Part shown: positions 56,205-64,000 of the stretch, piece by piece | How the letters are laid out: the number at the start of each line of letters is the position of its first letter | Numbering within the stretch: the stretch's first letter is position 1 | Origin: a phage | DNA length: 64,000 nucleotides | Reading direction: 5' to 3' (one strand) | Sequence record: PZ386967.1 | Notes under the pieces: generated by a model | Told to the model about the DNA's origin: nothing | Database searches by the model: none | Seen by the model: only the letters and a program-made list of their open reading frames with translations | Made by a program: the position numbers and the translations under genes

Positions 56205-57047
56205 ATGCAATCTGCCACCAAAGTTGTAAGTAAGAAGCCAGCGGGTAAGACCAAGTCAGCACGTAAGAAAGAGACAATTCAGAAAGAAGATGACTGGATG
56301 AAGTTCTCTAAAGGTGACTTCAGAATCGCTCCATTCAATGGCCTCTCAGAAAATCAGAACCTCGCGTATCAATCTGCTCTTGAAGAAAACCTCACCATCG
56401 CAATCGGTCCGGCAGGCACAGGTAAATCGTATTGTGGTGCCTCAGCCGCCGCCAAGCTCCTGATCGATAAAGTGGTCAGCAAGATCGTCATCACGCGCTC
56501 TCCGCTGCCAACAGGCCAGACTGCAGGCTTCCGCCCTGGCGACACATACGAAAAACTGATGCCATATCTGATGCCCCTGATTCAGACGCTGAAGAAGGTG
56601 CTGAAGACTGACACAGGTAGCGACGGTTTCTTCAACTATCTGTGGGAGAAGCGGATCATTGAGATCCAGGATCTGGAGACCATCAAGGGGATGACCTTCG
56701 ACGACACCTTCCTGATCATTGAAGAAGCGCAGGAATGTGATATGGAGCAGCTGAAGAACCTACTGACCCGCGCATCCGACTCGACTTATATCTTTGTCAA
56801 CGGTGACATCAAACAGTCCAACAAGCGCCTGCGCGACAGCGCCCTTGAAAAGTACGTCAGTTCCTTCCGCGACTTCAACGCCAAGCTGGAGGCCGGAACC
56901 CTGAAGATCGATGGTATTGACGTCGGTGATGAGTACCCTGAATGGGTTCAGCCGTTCAGTATCATCGAGTTCGACAAGTCTGACCGCAACGGGCGCGGCG
57001 ACTTCACCCGCCTGATGCTGGAAGTCAACGATCTGTACGACATTTAA
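56205..57047 (+). CDS. phoH: PhoH-like ATPase
   Basis: Walker A GPAGTGKS, LPTGQTAGFRPGDTYEKLMPYLMPL, Walker B FLIIEEAQE, LTRASDSTYIFVNGD match the PhoH family. Confidence 0.8.
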   Translation: MQSATKVVSKKPAGKTKSARKKETIQKEDDWMKFSKGDFRIAPFNGLSENQNLAYQSALEENLTIAIGPAGTGKSYCGASAAAKLLIDKVVSKIVITRSPLPTGQTAGFRPGDTYEKLMPYLMPLIQTLKKVLKTDTGSDGFFNYLWEKRIIEIQDLETIKGMTFDDTFLIIEEAQECDMEQLKNLLTRASDSTYIFVNGDIKQSNKRLRDSALEKYVSSFRDFNAKLEAGTLKIDGIDVGDEYPEWVQPFSIIEFDKSDRNGRGDFTRLMLEVNDLYDI

Positions 57048-57130
57048 GTAACTCGCCAACCCTCCCCGCCGCCTTCAATCTACGAGGGCGGCGTATAATA
57101 AAACCTGCGTAAACAAACCCGAGGAACACC

Positions 57131-59413
57131 ATGATTAACGTTATAAAACGTGACGGATCTTCTGTCCCATTTGATATTGAGAAACTACACGCAGTCGTAG
57201 ACCGCGCATGTGATGGCCTGTCTGGTGTGTCAATGTCAGAGGTGATCGCTGCATCGAAGATTCAGTTCACCGACAACATGAGAACAGATCGCATTCAGGA
57301 TATCCTCATCCAGGCTGCGGCTTCACTGATCTCTGTAGAGAAACCCAACTACCAGTATGTGGCCGCTCGCCTGAAGTCATATGATCTGCGCAAGGCTGTC
57401 TATGGCCAGTACAAGCCGCCTCACCTGCTGGACATCTTCGTCAAGAACATCAAACAGCGCGTGTATGATCGTGAGTTCCTTGATCTCTACACGACCGAAG
57501 AGTTCAACGAGCTGAACGATGTTATTAACCACAAACGTGACAAGAACTTCACGTGGGCGGCCATGGGCCAGCTGACAGAGAAGTATCTGCTGCGCGACCG
57601 TTCCAAGAAAGACAGCAAGATCTTCTATGAAACTCCACAGGTCATGTACATGGGCATCGCCATGGCGTTGTTCTCCAACTGGGACAAAGCCAGCCGCCTG
57701 GAGATGGTGAAAAAGTTCTATGAATATGCCAGCACAGGCAAGTTCAGTCTTCCCACCCCGATTATGGCAGGTGTTCGTACTCCTACCCGTCAGTTCAGTT
57801 CCTGTGTGTTAATCAAGACGGATGACACCCTGAACTCTATCAACGCAACAGCCAAGACCATCGTTGACTATGTGTCCAAACGTGCGGGTATCGGCTTCGA
57901 TGTCGGGGCAATCCGTGGGATTGGTAGTCCTATTCGCGGCGGAGAGATGGTTCACACAGGCCTGATCCCGTTCATCAAGTATCTCACTGGGGCACTCAAA
58001 TCGTGCTCTCAGGGCGGCATTCGTGGTGGTGCAGCAACAGCGTACATCCCTCTGTGGCATTACCAGTTCGATGACGTCGTTGTTCTGAAGAACAACCGTG
58101 GTACTGAAGAAAACCGCGAACGCCGTATCGACTATGGCATTCAGATCAACCGCGTGATGTTTGAGCGCCTGGTTGCCAAGCAGCCTCTGTATCTGTTCGA
58201 CCCGAAAGACAACCGCGAAATGTATGAAGCATACTTCGCTGACGTTGACAAGTTCCGTACTCTGTATGAGAACATGATCAAGGCCGCTGATGCTGGTTTG
58301 GTTCGTGCTAAAAAGTTGCAGGCAGAAGAGGTGTTCCAGATGCTGTTAGACCAGCGTTCAGACACAGGCCGCATCTACATCGCATTTGTCGATCACATGA
58401 ATGAATACAGTCCATTCAACCTAGACACGATTTATTCTTCAAATCTTTGTTTAGAAATCGCCCTGCCGACCCGTGAGTTTGAGCAGTACAACGATGAAAA
58501 CGGGCGCGTGGCTCTGTGCACCCTGGCTTCCTTCAACCTGACAGCGTTCGAAGATCCTACGGAAATGGAAGACGTGGCGTTCGTGTTGGTGTCTGCGCTG
58601 GACATGCTGTTGGAATATCAGGACTATCCAGCGATTCAGGCTCGCAAGGCTGTTGAAGACTATCGTCCTCTGGGTGTTGGTATCGTGAACGTGGCTCACT
58701 TCCTGGCCAAGAACTTCACGGGCTATGGCTCACCAGCTGGTCTTGAAATGCTGGATGCGTGGATGGCACACCTGCACTTCTATCTGGTCAAGGCGTCCAA
58801 CCGTCTGGCCATGAAGTTCGGGGCGTGTAAACGCAGAACCATCCACAATAATGGGCAGGTCACCGCCGACCTTCAGCCGCTTCCACTTGATATCCTACCA
58901 AATGGCAAGAAGCCAGAAGGGATGGCATACGGGCTGGATTGGGATGAGTTGAAGGATAATCTGAAGACCTATGGTATCCGCAACGCCACTCTGCTGGCAG
59001 TAGCCCCTACCGAAAGCTCCTCACAGGTCCTCAACGCAACGAACGGCATTGAGCCACCGAAGGGCTTGGTGAGCATCAAGGGTAGCAAGGACGGCACTTA
59101 TAAGCAGGTCGTCCCGGACGTTGAGACCCTTGGACCGATGTATGACCTCAAGTGGGACCTGGACTGTATTGAGTACCTGAAGACCGCTGCTGTCATCCAG
59201 CGCTGGGTTGACCAGTCCATCAGTACCAACACGTGGTATGACCCAGAGAAGTACCCTGACAGCAAGATCCCTCGCGCCAAGATGATGCAGGATATCCTGT
59301 CGTTCTATATGTGGGGTGGCAAGACTCTGTATTACAACACAAACAAGGACGCCAAGGAAGACGAAGAGCTGAAGCAGGCTGAGGAAACTCAGTGCGATAG
59401 CTGTGTTGTATAA
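57131..59413 (+). CDS. nrdA: Ribonucleotide reductase large subunit (NrdA, class Ia)
   Basis: N-terminal ATP-cone (VIKRDGSSVPFDIEKL); active-site region SSCVLI; 760 aa like E. coli NrdA; C-terminal Cys pair. Confidence 0.9.
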   Translation: MINVIKRDGSSVPFDIEKLHAVVDRACDGLSGVSMSEVIAASKIQFTDNMRTDRIQDILIQAAASLISVEKPNYQYVAARLKSYDLRKAVYGQYKPPHLLDIFVKNIKQRVYDREFLDLYTTEEFNELNDVINHKRDKNFTWAAMGQLTEKYLLRDRSKKDSKIFYETPQVMYMGIAMALFSNWDKASRLEMVKKFYEYASTGKFSLPTPIMAGVRTPTRQFSSCVLIKTDDTLNSINATAKTIVDYVSKRAGIGFDVGAIRGIGSPIRGGEMVHTGLIPFIKYLTGALKSCSQGGIRGGAATAYIPLWHYQFDDVVVLKNNRGTEENRERRIDYGIQINRVMFERLVAKQPLYLFDPKDNREMYEAYFADVDKFRTLYENMIKAADAGLVRAKKLQAEEVFQMLLDQRSDTGRIYIAFVDHMNEYSPFNLDTIYSSNLCLEIALPTREFEQYNDENGRVALCTLASFNLTAFEDPTEMEDVAFVLVSALDMLLEYQDYPAIQARKAVEDYRPLGVGIVNVAHFLAKNFTGYGSPAGLEMLDAWMAHLHFYLVKASNRLAMKFGACKRRTIHNNGQVTADLQPLPLDILPNGKKPEGMAYGLDWDELKDNLKTYGIRNATLLAVAPTESSSQVLNATNGIEPPKGLVSIKGSKDGTYKQVVPDVETLGPMYDLKWDLDCIEYLKTAAVIQRWVDQSISTNTWYDPEKYPDSKIPRAKMMQDILSFYMWGGKTLYYNTNKDAKEDEELKQAEETQCDSCVV

Positions 59414-59482
59414 ATTGGTCTAAACCTACTACCGTTATATCATCAGGGGTGAGAGATCACCCCTATTCATCAGGAGTTCTAT

Positions 59483-59776
59483 ATGTTCCAAACGTTATTG
59501 TTAGTCCCTGGCCAACCAGGTATCTTGCTCGAACACAACAGCAAAATGGAAGCGGAGAATGTTCTGCGCAACGTGAAGGTGGCCACTGCTTGGCACAACG
59601 GCGGCGAAGTCACGGCTATCCCGTTGAACTACACGGATCCAATGGATACTGTGAACCGTACTCACATCCTTCTAGACCTCAGCAAATTACCTGCAGACAA
59701 ACGCCGGGATTTTGTTGTTAACATCAAGAATTACATTACCACCGAACAGATCAAACTCCACGAAGGCAAGGCATAA
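59483..59776 (+). CDS. Hypothetical protein (97 aa) between nrdA and nrdB
   Basis: RBS AGGAG 5 nt upstream; the alternative-frame ORF 59449..59721 looks non-protein-like. Confidence 0.4.
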   Translation: MFQTLLLVPGQPGILLEHNSKMEAENVLRNVKVATAWHNGGEVTAIPLNYTDPMDTVNRTHILLDLSKLPADKRRDFVVNIKNYITTEQIKLHEGKA

Positions 59777-59777
59777 C

Positions 59778-60881
59778 ATGAGCGAACAGAAACAATTCTC
59801 CGTATTCGACCCAAGCTCCGATAACACTGGTCTGCCGTTCTTCGGTGACCCAGTGAGCATTCAGCGTTACGATGTCGTGGCCTGGCCATTCGTACAGAAG
59901 TGGTATGAGAAAGGTCTCAGTCAATTCTGGCGTCCTGAAGAGGTGGACATCACCAAGGACAAGGCAGACTTCGCTACTCTGAACGAAGCAGAGAAACATG
60001 TCTACTTCAGCAACCTGAAGCGCCAGACCATGCTGGACTCTATCCAGGGTGCGGCTCCGTTCGAGGCGTTTGGTCCATGGGCGTCTACCCCTGAAATGCA
60101 GTTTGCTGTCCTTGAATGGACGCGCCAGGAAGCCATTCACTCTTTATCTTACACCCACATTTTGCGCAATACTGTGAACGATCCAGGTATTGTGTTTGAC
60201 CACGTACTGGATGTTGTGGAGATCGTGGACTGTGCTCACCAGATCAGTGTGTACTACGATGACATGGTACAGTACAGTGGCATGCGTATGGCCGGACGCA
60301 TCTTCACCCGAGAAGATCTGATGAATGCCAAACGCGCATTCTGGCGTGCTCTGTTTGCTGCCAACACACTGGAAGGCATCCGCTTCTACGTGTCCTTTGC
60401 ATGCTCTTGGGCATTCACACAGTTCCAGAAGAAGATGGAAGGCAATGCCAAAATCATTCGACAGATCGCCCGTGATGAGCAGGATCACCTGATCCTGACC
60501 CAGACGCTGCTAAACCGCCTGCCTGGTATGGACCCTGACTTTGCAATCATCCGTGAGGAACTGCGTGGTGAGATGACCCAGATGTTCCTGGACGTGGTTC
60601 ATCAAGAGAAGGAGTGGGCGAACTACCTATTCAAAGACGGTTCCATCCTGGGGCTGAACGCCAAGATCCTTCATCAGATGGTAGACTGGCTGGCAACCCA
60701 CCGAATGGGCGCTATCGGGCATCCATATCCCGGTGAACCTCGCAAGGAGAACCCAGTCCCATGGATTAATGACTGGCTAGATAATAAGGCAATGCAGTAC
60801 GCGTTGCAGGAAGCGGAAGCTCCTGATTATCTGATGGGTGTACTGACTGGTTCGGTATCCGATGGCCTCAAATTCGCTTAA
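59778..60881 (+). CDS. nrdB: Ribonucleotide reductase small subunit (NrdB)
   Basis: Di-iron/tyrosyl radical region (EAIHSLSYTHIL, REDLMNAKRAFWRA), about 367 aa; real start at internal ATG 59778. Confidence 0.85.
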   Translation: MSEQKQFSVFDPSSDNTGLPFFGDPVSIQRYDVVAWPFVQKWYEKGLSQFWRPEEVDITKDKADFATLNEAEKHVYFSNLKRQTMLDSIQGAAPFEAFGPWASTPEMQFAVLEWTRQEAIHSLSYTHILRNTVNDPGIVFDHVLDVVEIVDCAHQISVYYDDMVQYSGMRMAGRIFTREDLMNAKRAFWRALFAANTLEGIRFYVSFACSWAFTQFQKKMEGNAKIIRQIARDEQDHLILTQTLLNRLPGMDPDFAIIREELRGEMTQMFLDVVHQEKEWANYLFKDGSILGLNAKILHQMVDWLATHRMGAIGHPYPGEPRKENPVPWINDWLDNKAMQYALQEAEAPDYLMGVLTGSVSDGLKFA

Positions 60882-60890
60882 AGGTGAGAA

Positions 60891-61115
60891 ATGATTACTA
60901 TCTATTCCAAACAAGGTTGCGCTCAGTGTGTAACAGCCGAAAATCTGTGCAAAATGAAAGGGCTGGAACACAAGATCCTCAAGCTGGACAAAGATTACCG
61001 GCTGGAAGAACTTCAGCAGTTGACGGGTAAGCCGCGCGTGTCGATGCCTGTAATCGTCCTCGCTGACCAGACCGTGACCGACGTTAATGGACTCGCCGCC
61101 AGCCTTAAACGCTGA
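60891..61115 (+). CDS. nrdC: NrdC-like glutaredoxin/thioredoxin
   Basis: IYSKQGCAQCVTAENL redox CxxC motif; immediately downstream of nrdB. Confidence 0.55.
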   Translation: MITIYSKQGCAQCVTAENLCKMKGLEHKILKLDKDYRLEELQQLTGKPRVSMPVIVLADQTVTDVNGLAASLKR

Positions 61116-61123
61116 CAAGCCAA

Positions 61124-61170
61124 AGCCCCTCAATGAGGGGCTTTACTTCTATAATCCCTGCGCTTATACT
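61124..61170 (+). promoter_or_regulatory. Terminator plus T4-type early promoter cassette
   Basis: Hairpin GCCCCTCA-A-TGAGGGGC, then -35 TTTACT (61142-61147), 17 bp, -10 TATACT (61165-61170). Confidence 0.55.
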
Positions 61171-61221
61171 TCCCAGTAATTCATTGGCATTCGCCACAAA
61201 TTGAACAGCAGGAACTATATC

Positions 61222-61461
61222 ATGACCGACTCTGAAGTCTACGACACCTCAATGAAATACCACGCCATGACAGCCAAACGCGGCTGTGCTGCTAACAAGG
61301 CATATTGGATAGGTGAACTCAGAACCCTCCGCGCCGTGGTCAACCACGAAATCATTATGAATCACGACAACAACGGTCAAGGTAAAGACCGAGAAGAATT
61401 GAAGGTTGCTCGTGAACGTCTTCGCTTTGGTCTGACCAAAGCCCTTGAATATGTGAAATAA
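61222..61461 (+). CDS. Hypothetical protein (79 aa)
   Basis: ATG in conserved GGAACTATATCATG context. Confidence 0.45.
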   Translation: MTDSEVYDTSMKYHAMTAKRGCAANKAYWIGELRTLRAVVNHEIIMNHDNNGQGKDREELKVARERLRFGLTKALEYVK

Positions 61462-61472
61462 GGAACTATATC

Positions 61473-61934
61473 ATGACAAACAAAGTACTCACCAACCCAC
61501 TGCACAACTTCGGTTACATTCAACTCCCTCTGGTGATCGACACCCTGTACGCCGACGACAAAGAAGAGATCTGCTGGTCACCCACCGCACTGATTGAACG
61601 CGAAATCTTCAAGTCTGTTGTTGATGTCATGTTCCGTATCGGTCGCAATGGACCTCTGGTCTACCTCGGCAAGGTGACTGAGTTGAAGACAAGCCACAAC
61701 GAACGCTTCCTTCGTATCGATACAACGGGGTGCTCTCATCAGGACTTCAACACATTGCGCAATTATGTTCTGGTCAACCGCCCGGTCAGTCAACACCGCC
61801 CGTATCTGACGTCAATGCACATCGACAATTTCATCACCGACGTACACCTCCGCGCCGAAACCCTCCATGAAGAGGAAACAGGCCGAGCTATCGACACAGT
61901 CTTAAATATGGTTGTGATCACCCTGGCGGAGTAG
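61473..61934 (+). CDS. Hypothetical protein (153 aa)
   Basis: ATG in conserved GGAACTATATCATG context. Confidence 0.45.
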   Translation: MTNKVLTNPLHNFGYIQLPLVIDTLYADDKEEICWSPTALIEREIFKSVVDVMFRIGRNGPLVYLGKVTELKTSHNERFLRIDTTGCSHQDFNTLRNYVLVNRPVSQHRPYLTSMHIDNFITDVHLRAETLHEEETGRAIDTVLNMVVITLAE

Positions 61935-61939
61935 TCCTC

Positions 61940-62290
61940 ATGCAAGATTACAAAGAGTTGAGAATGCAGCTGGCAGTCCCCATACCAGACAAAGGTTTAT
62001 ACCAGAACCTGCATCATCTGATGTCTGAAGGGCATATGCTGCCCTTGCGGTCTGAGGATGGATCTCAGATCGGTTATGCCACCAGTTGCGTGGTCTACGA
62101 CAAACCAGGAGACGAAGAGCGCGGAAAGGTCAGTGTGGGTTCCAGATTTGTGTTGAACAAGAAGCTGGAGGGATCAGTGGTTGACGTCAGGCCGATGATT
62201 ATCCTCTACCAATTCAACGGCAAAGAAATGTTCAGGTTATTGAGCCACTTCATGTTAGTCGTGGCTCCGGCATTCAGGACGAAATTCTAA
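61940..62290 (+). CDS. Hypothetical protein (116 aa)
   Basis: ORF 5 nt after the preceding stop. Confidence 0.4.
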   Translation: MQDYKELRMQLAVPIPDKGLYQNLHHLMSEGHMLPLRSEDGSQIGYATSCVVYDKPGDEERGKVSVGSRFVLNKKLEGSVVDVRPMIILYQFNGKEMFRLLSHFMLVVAPAFRTKF

Positions 62291-62667
62291 TTCGTCCTTT
62301 TCAACCACACGGTGTCTGTTATTGGATCTGGATTGTTGACCACATAGAATGTGATGGTCACGCCCAGAGAGTGGTAATCCTCTGACAGACTCACCGTGAC
62401 TTCTTCTACCTCTGCTCTGGGTTCATACAGGGCGATGGCGTCCTCTACTTTGTTCTTCACATCTACCTGGATAGTCGGTGTCGTGTTTTCACCCAGCAGC
62501 CCATAAAGTCCCGCGCCGATCCCAGGATAAGTGGGCCAGTCCCCGACTGAAGACATGACGATATTCCGCACGGATTGTAAGACAGCATACACACCTGATT
62601 TCATGGTGACATCTTTGGTCACCGGATGCATGCCGAACTTCAGATCGACATCTTTATACTCTTTCAT
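62287..62667 (-). CDS. gp25: Baseplate wedge protein (gp25-like)
   Basis: AIALYEPRAEVEEVTV matches T4 gp25 AVRNYEPRIDKLAVNV; 126 aa versus 132. Confidence 0.75.
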   Translation of the reverse strand: MKEYKDVDLKFGMHPVTKDVTMKSGVYAVLQSVRNIVMSSVGDWPTYPGIGAGLYGLLGENTTPTIQVDVKNKVEDAIALYEPRAEVEEVTVSLSEDYHSLGVTITFYVVNNPDPITDTVWLKRTN

Positions 62668-62740
62668 TTCGCGATCCTCTCAGGATGCCTATAAGGAGCA
62701 GAGAGACGTGCTGTCCCTCTGCCACTAAACTTATACCAAC

Positions 62741-64000
62741 TTACTCTTTGGTGCCGAAATTACCACCATTGTCTTTTAATTCTGCCTTGATGTCAATCTC
62801 ACCCGGACCCGTAGGGGATGCAGGGGTTGCACCTGACAGAGAAGAAGCGCGACCAGCACCTTCGGCATATATGATGTTACCATTGATCGTCTGAGCGACA
62901 GTCAGTTTGTCAGCGATTATCTCAGTCGTTAGAATCTTAGGAACCTTCAATGTCCCACCGACCTCCAGAGTCTCGCAGATAATGCGCAGAATATTCTGCG
63001 CTTGCATTTCCGCTAGGTCACTGAATTTCATCAGCGCTGTGCCCGCAACCACGTTGGAGTAATTGTTGGAATGCAAATGATAGACCTCACCTGTCTTGCG
63101 CTGAACTTCAGTTCCTTTGACCGTCAGGTTGTGGTCCCCGCCGACATAATAACGCTTGTTGAACATCGTCAGGTCATAGTGGTCTTTGACGGACTTGTTG
63201 ACCACATCACCATCCGGCAACATTTGCTTGTAAGACCCAGACTTATGCATCCAGTGAAGACGTTCACCACCAGGGGTGTCGTCCACTTCCATAATATGCC
63301 CAGCTCGGGACACCATGACGTTATTGTACGGGTATTTAGATCCACCCGCAGCCGGAACCATGGTTTCTCCAGTGTTGTCAATATCCTGTACTCGCCCAGT
63401 AGGAGCCGGAGTCGGTTGTTCCTTTGGGGTACGATCTGGGATAGGTTCTGACCATTTACCATTCTGCTGCGCAGGCGCGGCTGTGGCTGTGTTAGCAGGA
63501 CCAGGCCAACGATATCCCAAGACCGAAGAACGTCTGAAACGACTGACCTTCACTGAATCGGATTGGTTGCCACCAATACACCAGACATAGTTTGCATCGA
63601 ACTTCTGCACAAACGCTACGTGTCCAAATGTGGGGTTGTTACCACGCCGGAAGACTACGATAGCGCCATATTGTGGTGCTGACAGTGCAGTACCCCATGT
63701 AAGGTAAGATCGGGCAAGAGCGGAGCGTGTAGACGTGTATCCAGCCTGTATCATAACCCAACCCACGAACGCCGCACACCACGACACTTCATCTTCAGAA
63801 GCACCAAGGGAGGTTGTCTTGTGATATTCTATAATGCGCGGGTTGTTGTTGAACTTTCCGGCATACTCCTTGATACCTAATTCGCCACGAGCGATTGTCA
63901 TCCACTTCTCTGGATCATACCCACCAACAGGTGGTTGTGGATCTGGTTGTGGTTCGTCTTCTTGTTTCACAGGAACGTCAGTGACAGCGTTGTACGCCTG
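62741..64000 (-). CDS. Baseplate hub-like protein with CHAP/NlpC-P60-type peptidase domain; N-terminus beyond window end
   Basis: SWCAAFVGWVMIQAGY...GAIVVF...GHVAFV Cys-His pattern; minus-strand reading frame stays open to position 64000; adjacent to gp25. Confidence 0.55.
   Translation of the reverse strand, partial: QAYNAVTDVPVKQEDEPQPDPQPPVGGYDPEKWMTIARGELGIKEYAGKFNNNPRIIEYHKTTSLGASEDEVSWCAAFVGWVMIQAGYTSTRSALARSYLTWGTALSAPQYGAIVVFRRGNNPTFGHVAFVQKFDANYVWCIGGNQSDSVKVSRFRRSSVLGYRWPGPANTATAAPAQQNGKWSEPIPDRTPKEQPTPAPTGRVQDIDNTGETMVPAAGGSKYPYNNVMVSRAGHIMEVDDTPGGERLHWMHKSGSYKQMLPDGDVVNKSVKDHYDLTMFNKRYYVGGDHNLTVKGTEVQRKTGEVYHLHSNNYSNVVAGTALMKFSDLAEMQAQNILRIICETLEVGGTLKVPKILTTEIIADKLTVAQTINGNIIYAEGAGRASSLSGATPASPTGPGEIDIKAELKDNGGNFGTKE

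Noticed and set aside
59449-59721. 90-aa ORF between nrdA and nrdB
   Set aside because: Arg/Pro/Ser/Gly-rich junk-like translation; the overlapping frame 59483..59776 has a proper RBS.
57131-60881. Group I introns or inteins in nrdA/nrdB, as occur in T4 nrdB and nrdD
   Set aside because: Both ORFs are uninterrupted and of normal length with contiguous conserved motifs.

Overview
This window reads as a segment of a T4-like (Tevenvirinae-type) myovirus genome, about 48% GC, almost entirely coding and mostly on the + strand. All identifications are by-eye comparison with remembered T4 proteins and motifs; no database search was run. Recognisable T4 core genes: terminase large subunit gp17 (interrupted by a mini-intein), tail sheath gp18, tail tube gp19, portal gp20, gp67, gp68, prohead protease gp21, scaffold gp22, major capsid gp23, UvsY, UvsW, sliding clamp gp45, clamp loader gp44/gp62, RegA, late sigma gp55, gp47/gp46 recombination nuclease, primase gp61, NrdA/NrdB/NrdC-like, and on the minus strand baseplate gp25 plus a CHAP-domain hub-like protein running off the window end. 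Non-T4 accessory content includes a free-standing homing-endonuclease-like gene, HU, a DinG/Rad3-type helicase, bacterial-type RNase HI, PhoH, an endolysin, a vWA protein, an ACP-like protein lacking the active serine, a ParB-like nuclease-domain protein, and a cluster of secreted/lipoprotein genes. Three proteins carry a T4-style capsid-targeting N-terminus, including a 994-aa giant. Small early ORFs are bracketed by a repeated cassette: hairpin terminator, T4-type early promoter (TTTACT, 16-17 bp, TATAAT-like), conserved leader and start context GGAACTATATCATG. No rRNA, tRNA or CRISPR array was found. gp17 may be 5'-truncated by the window start.
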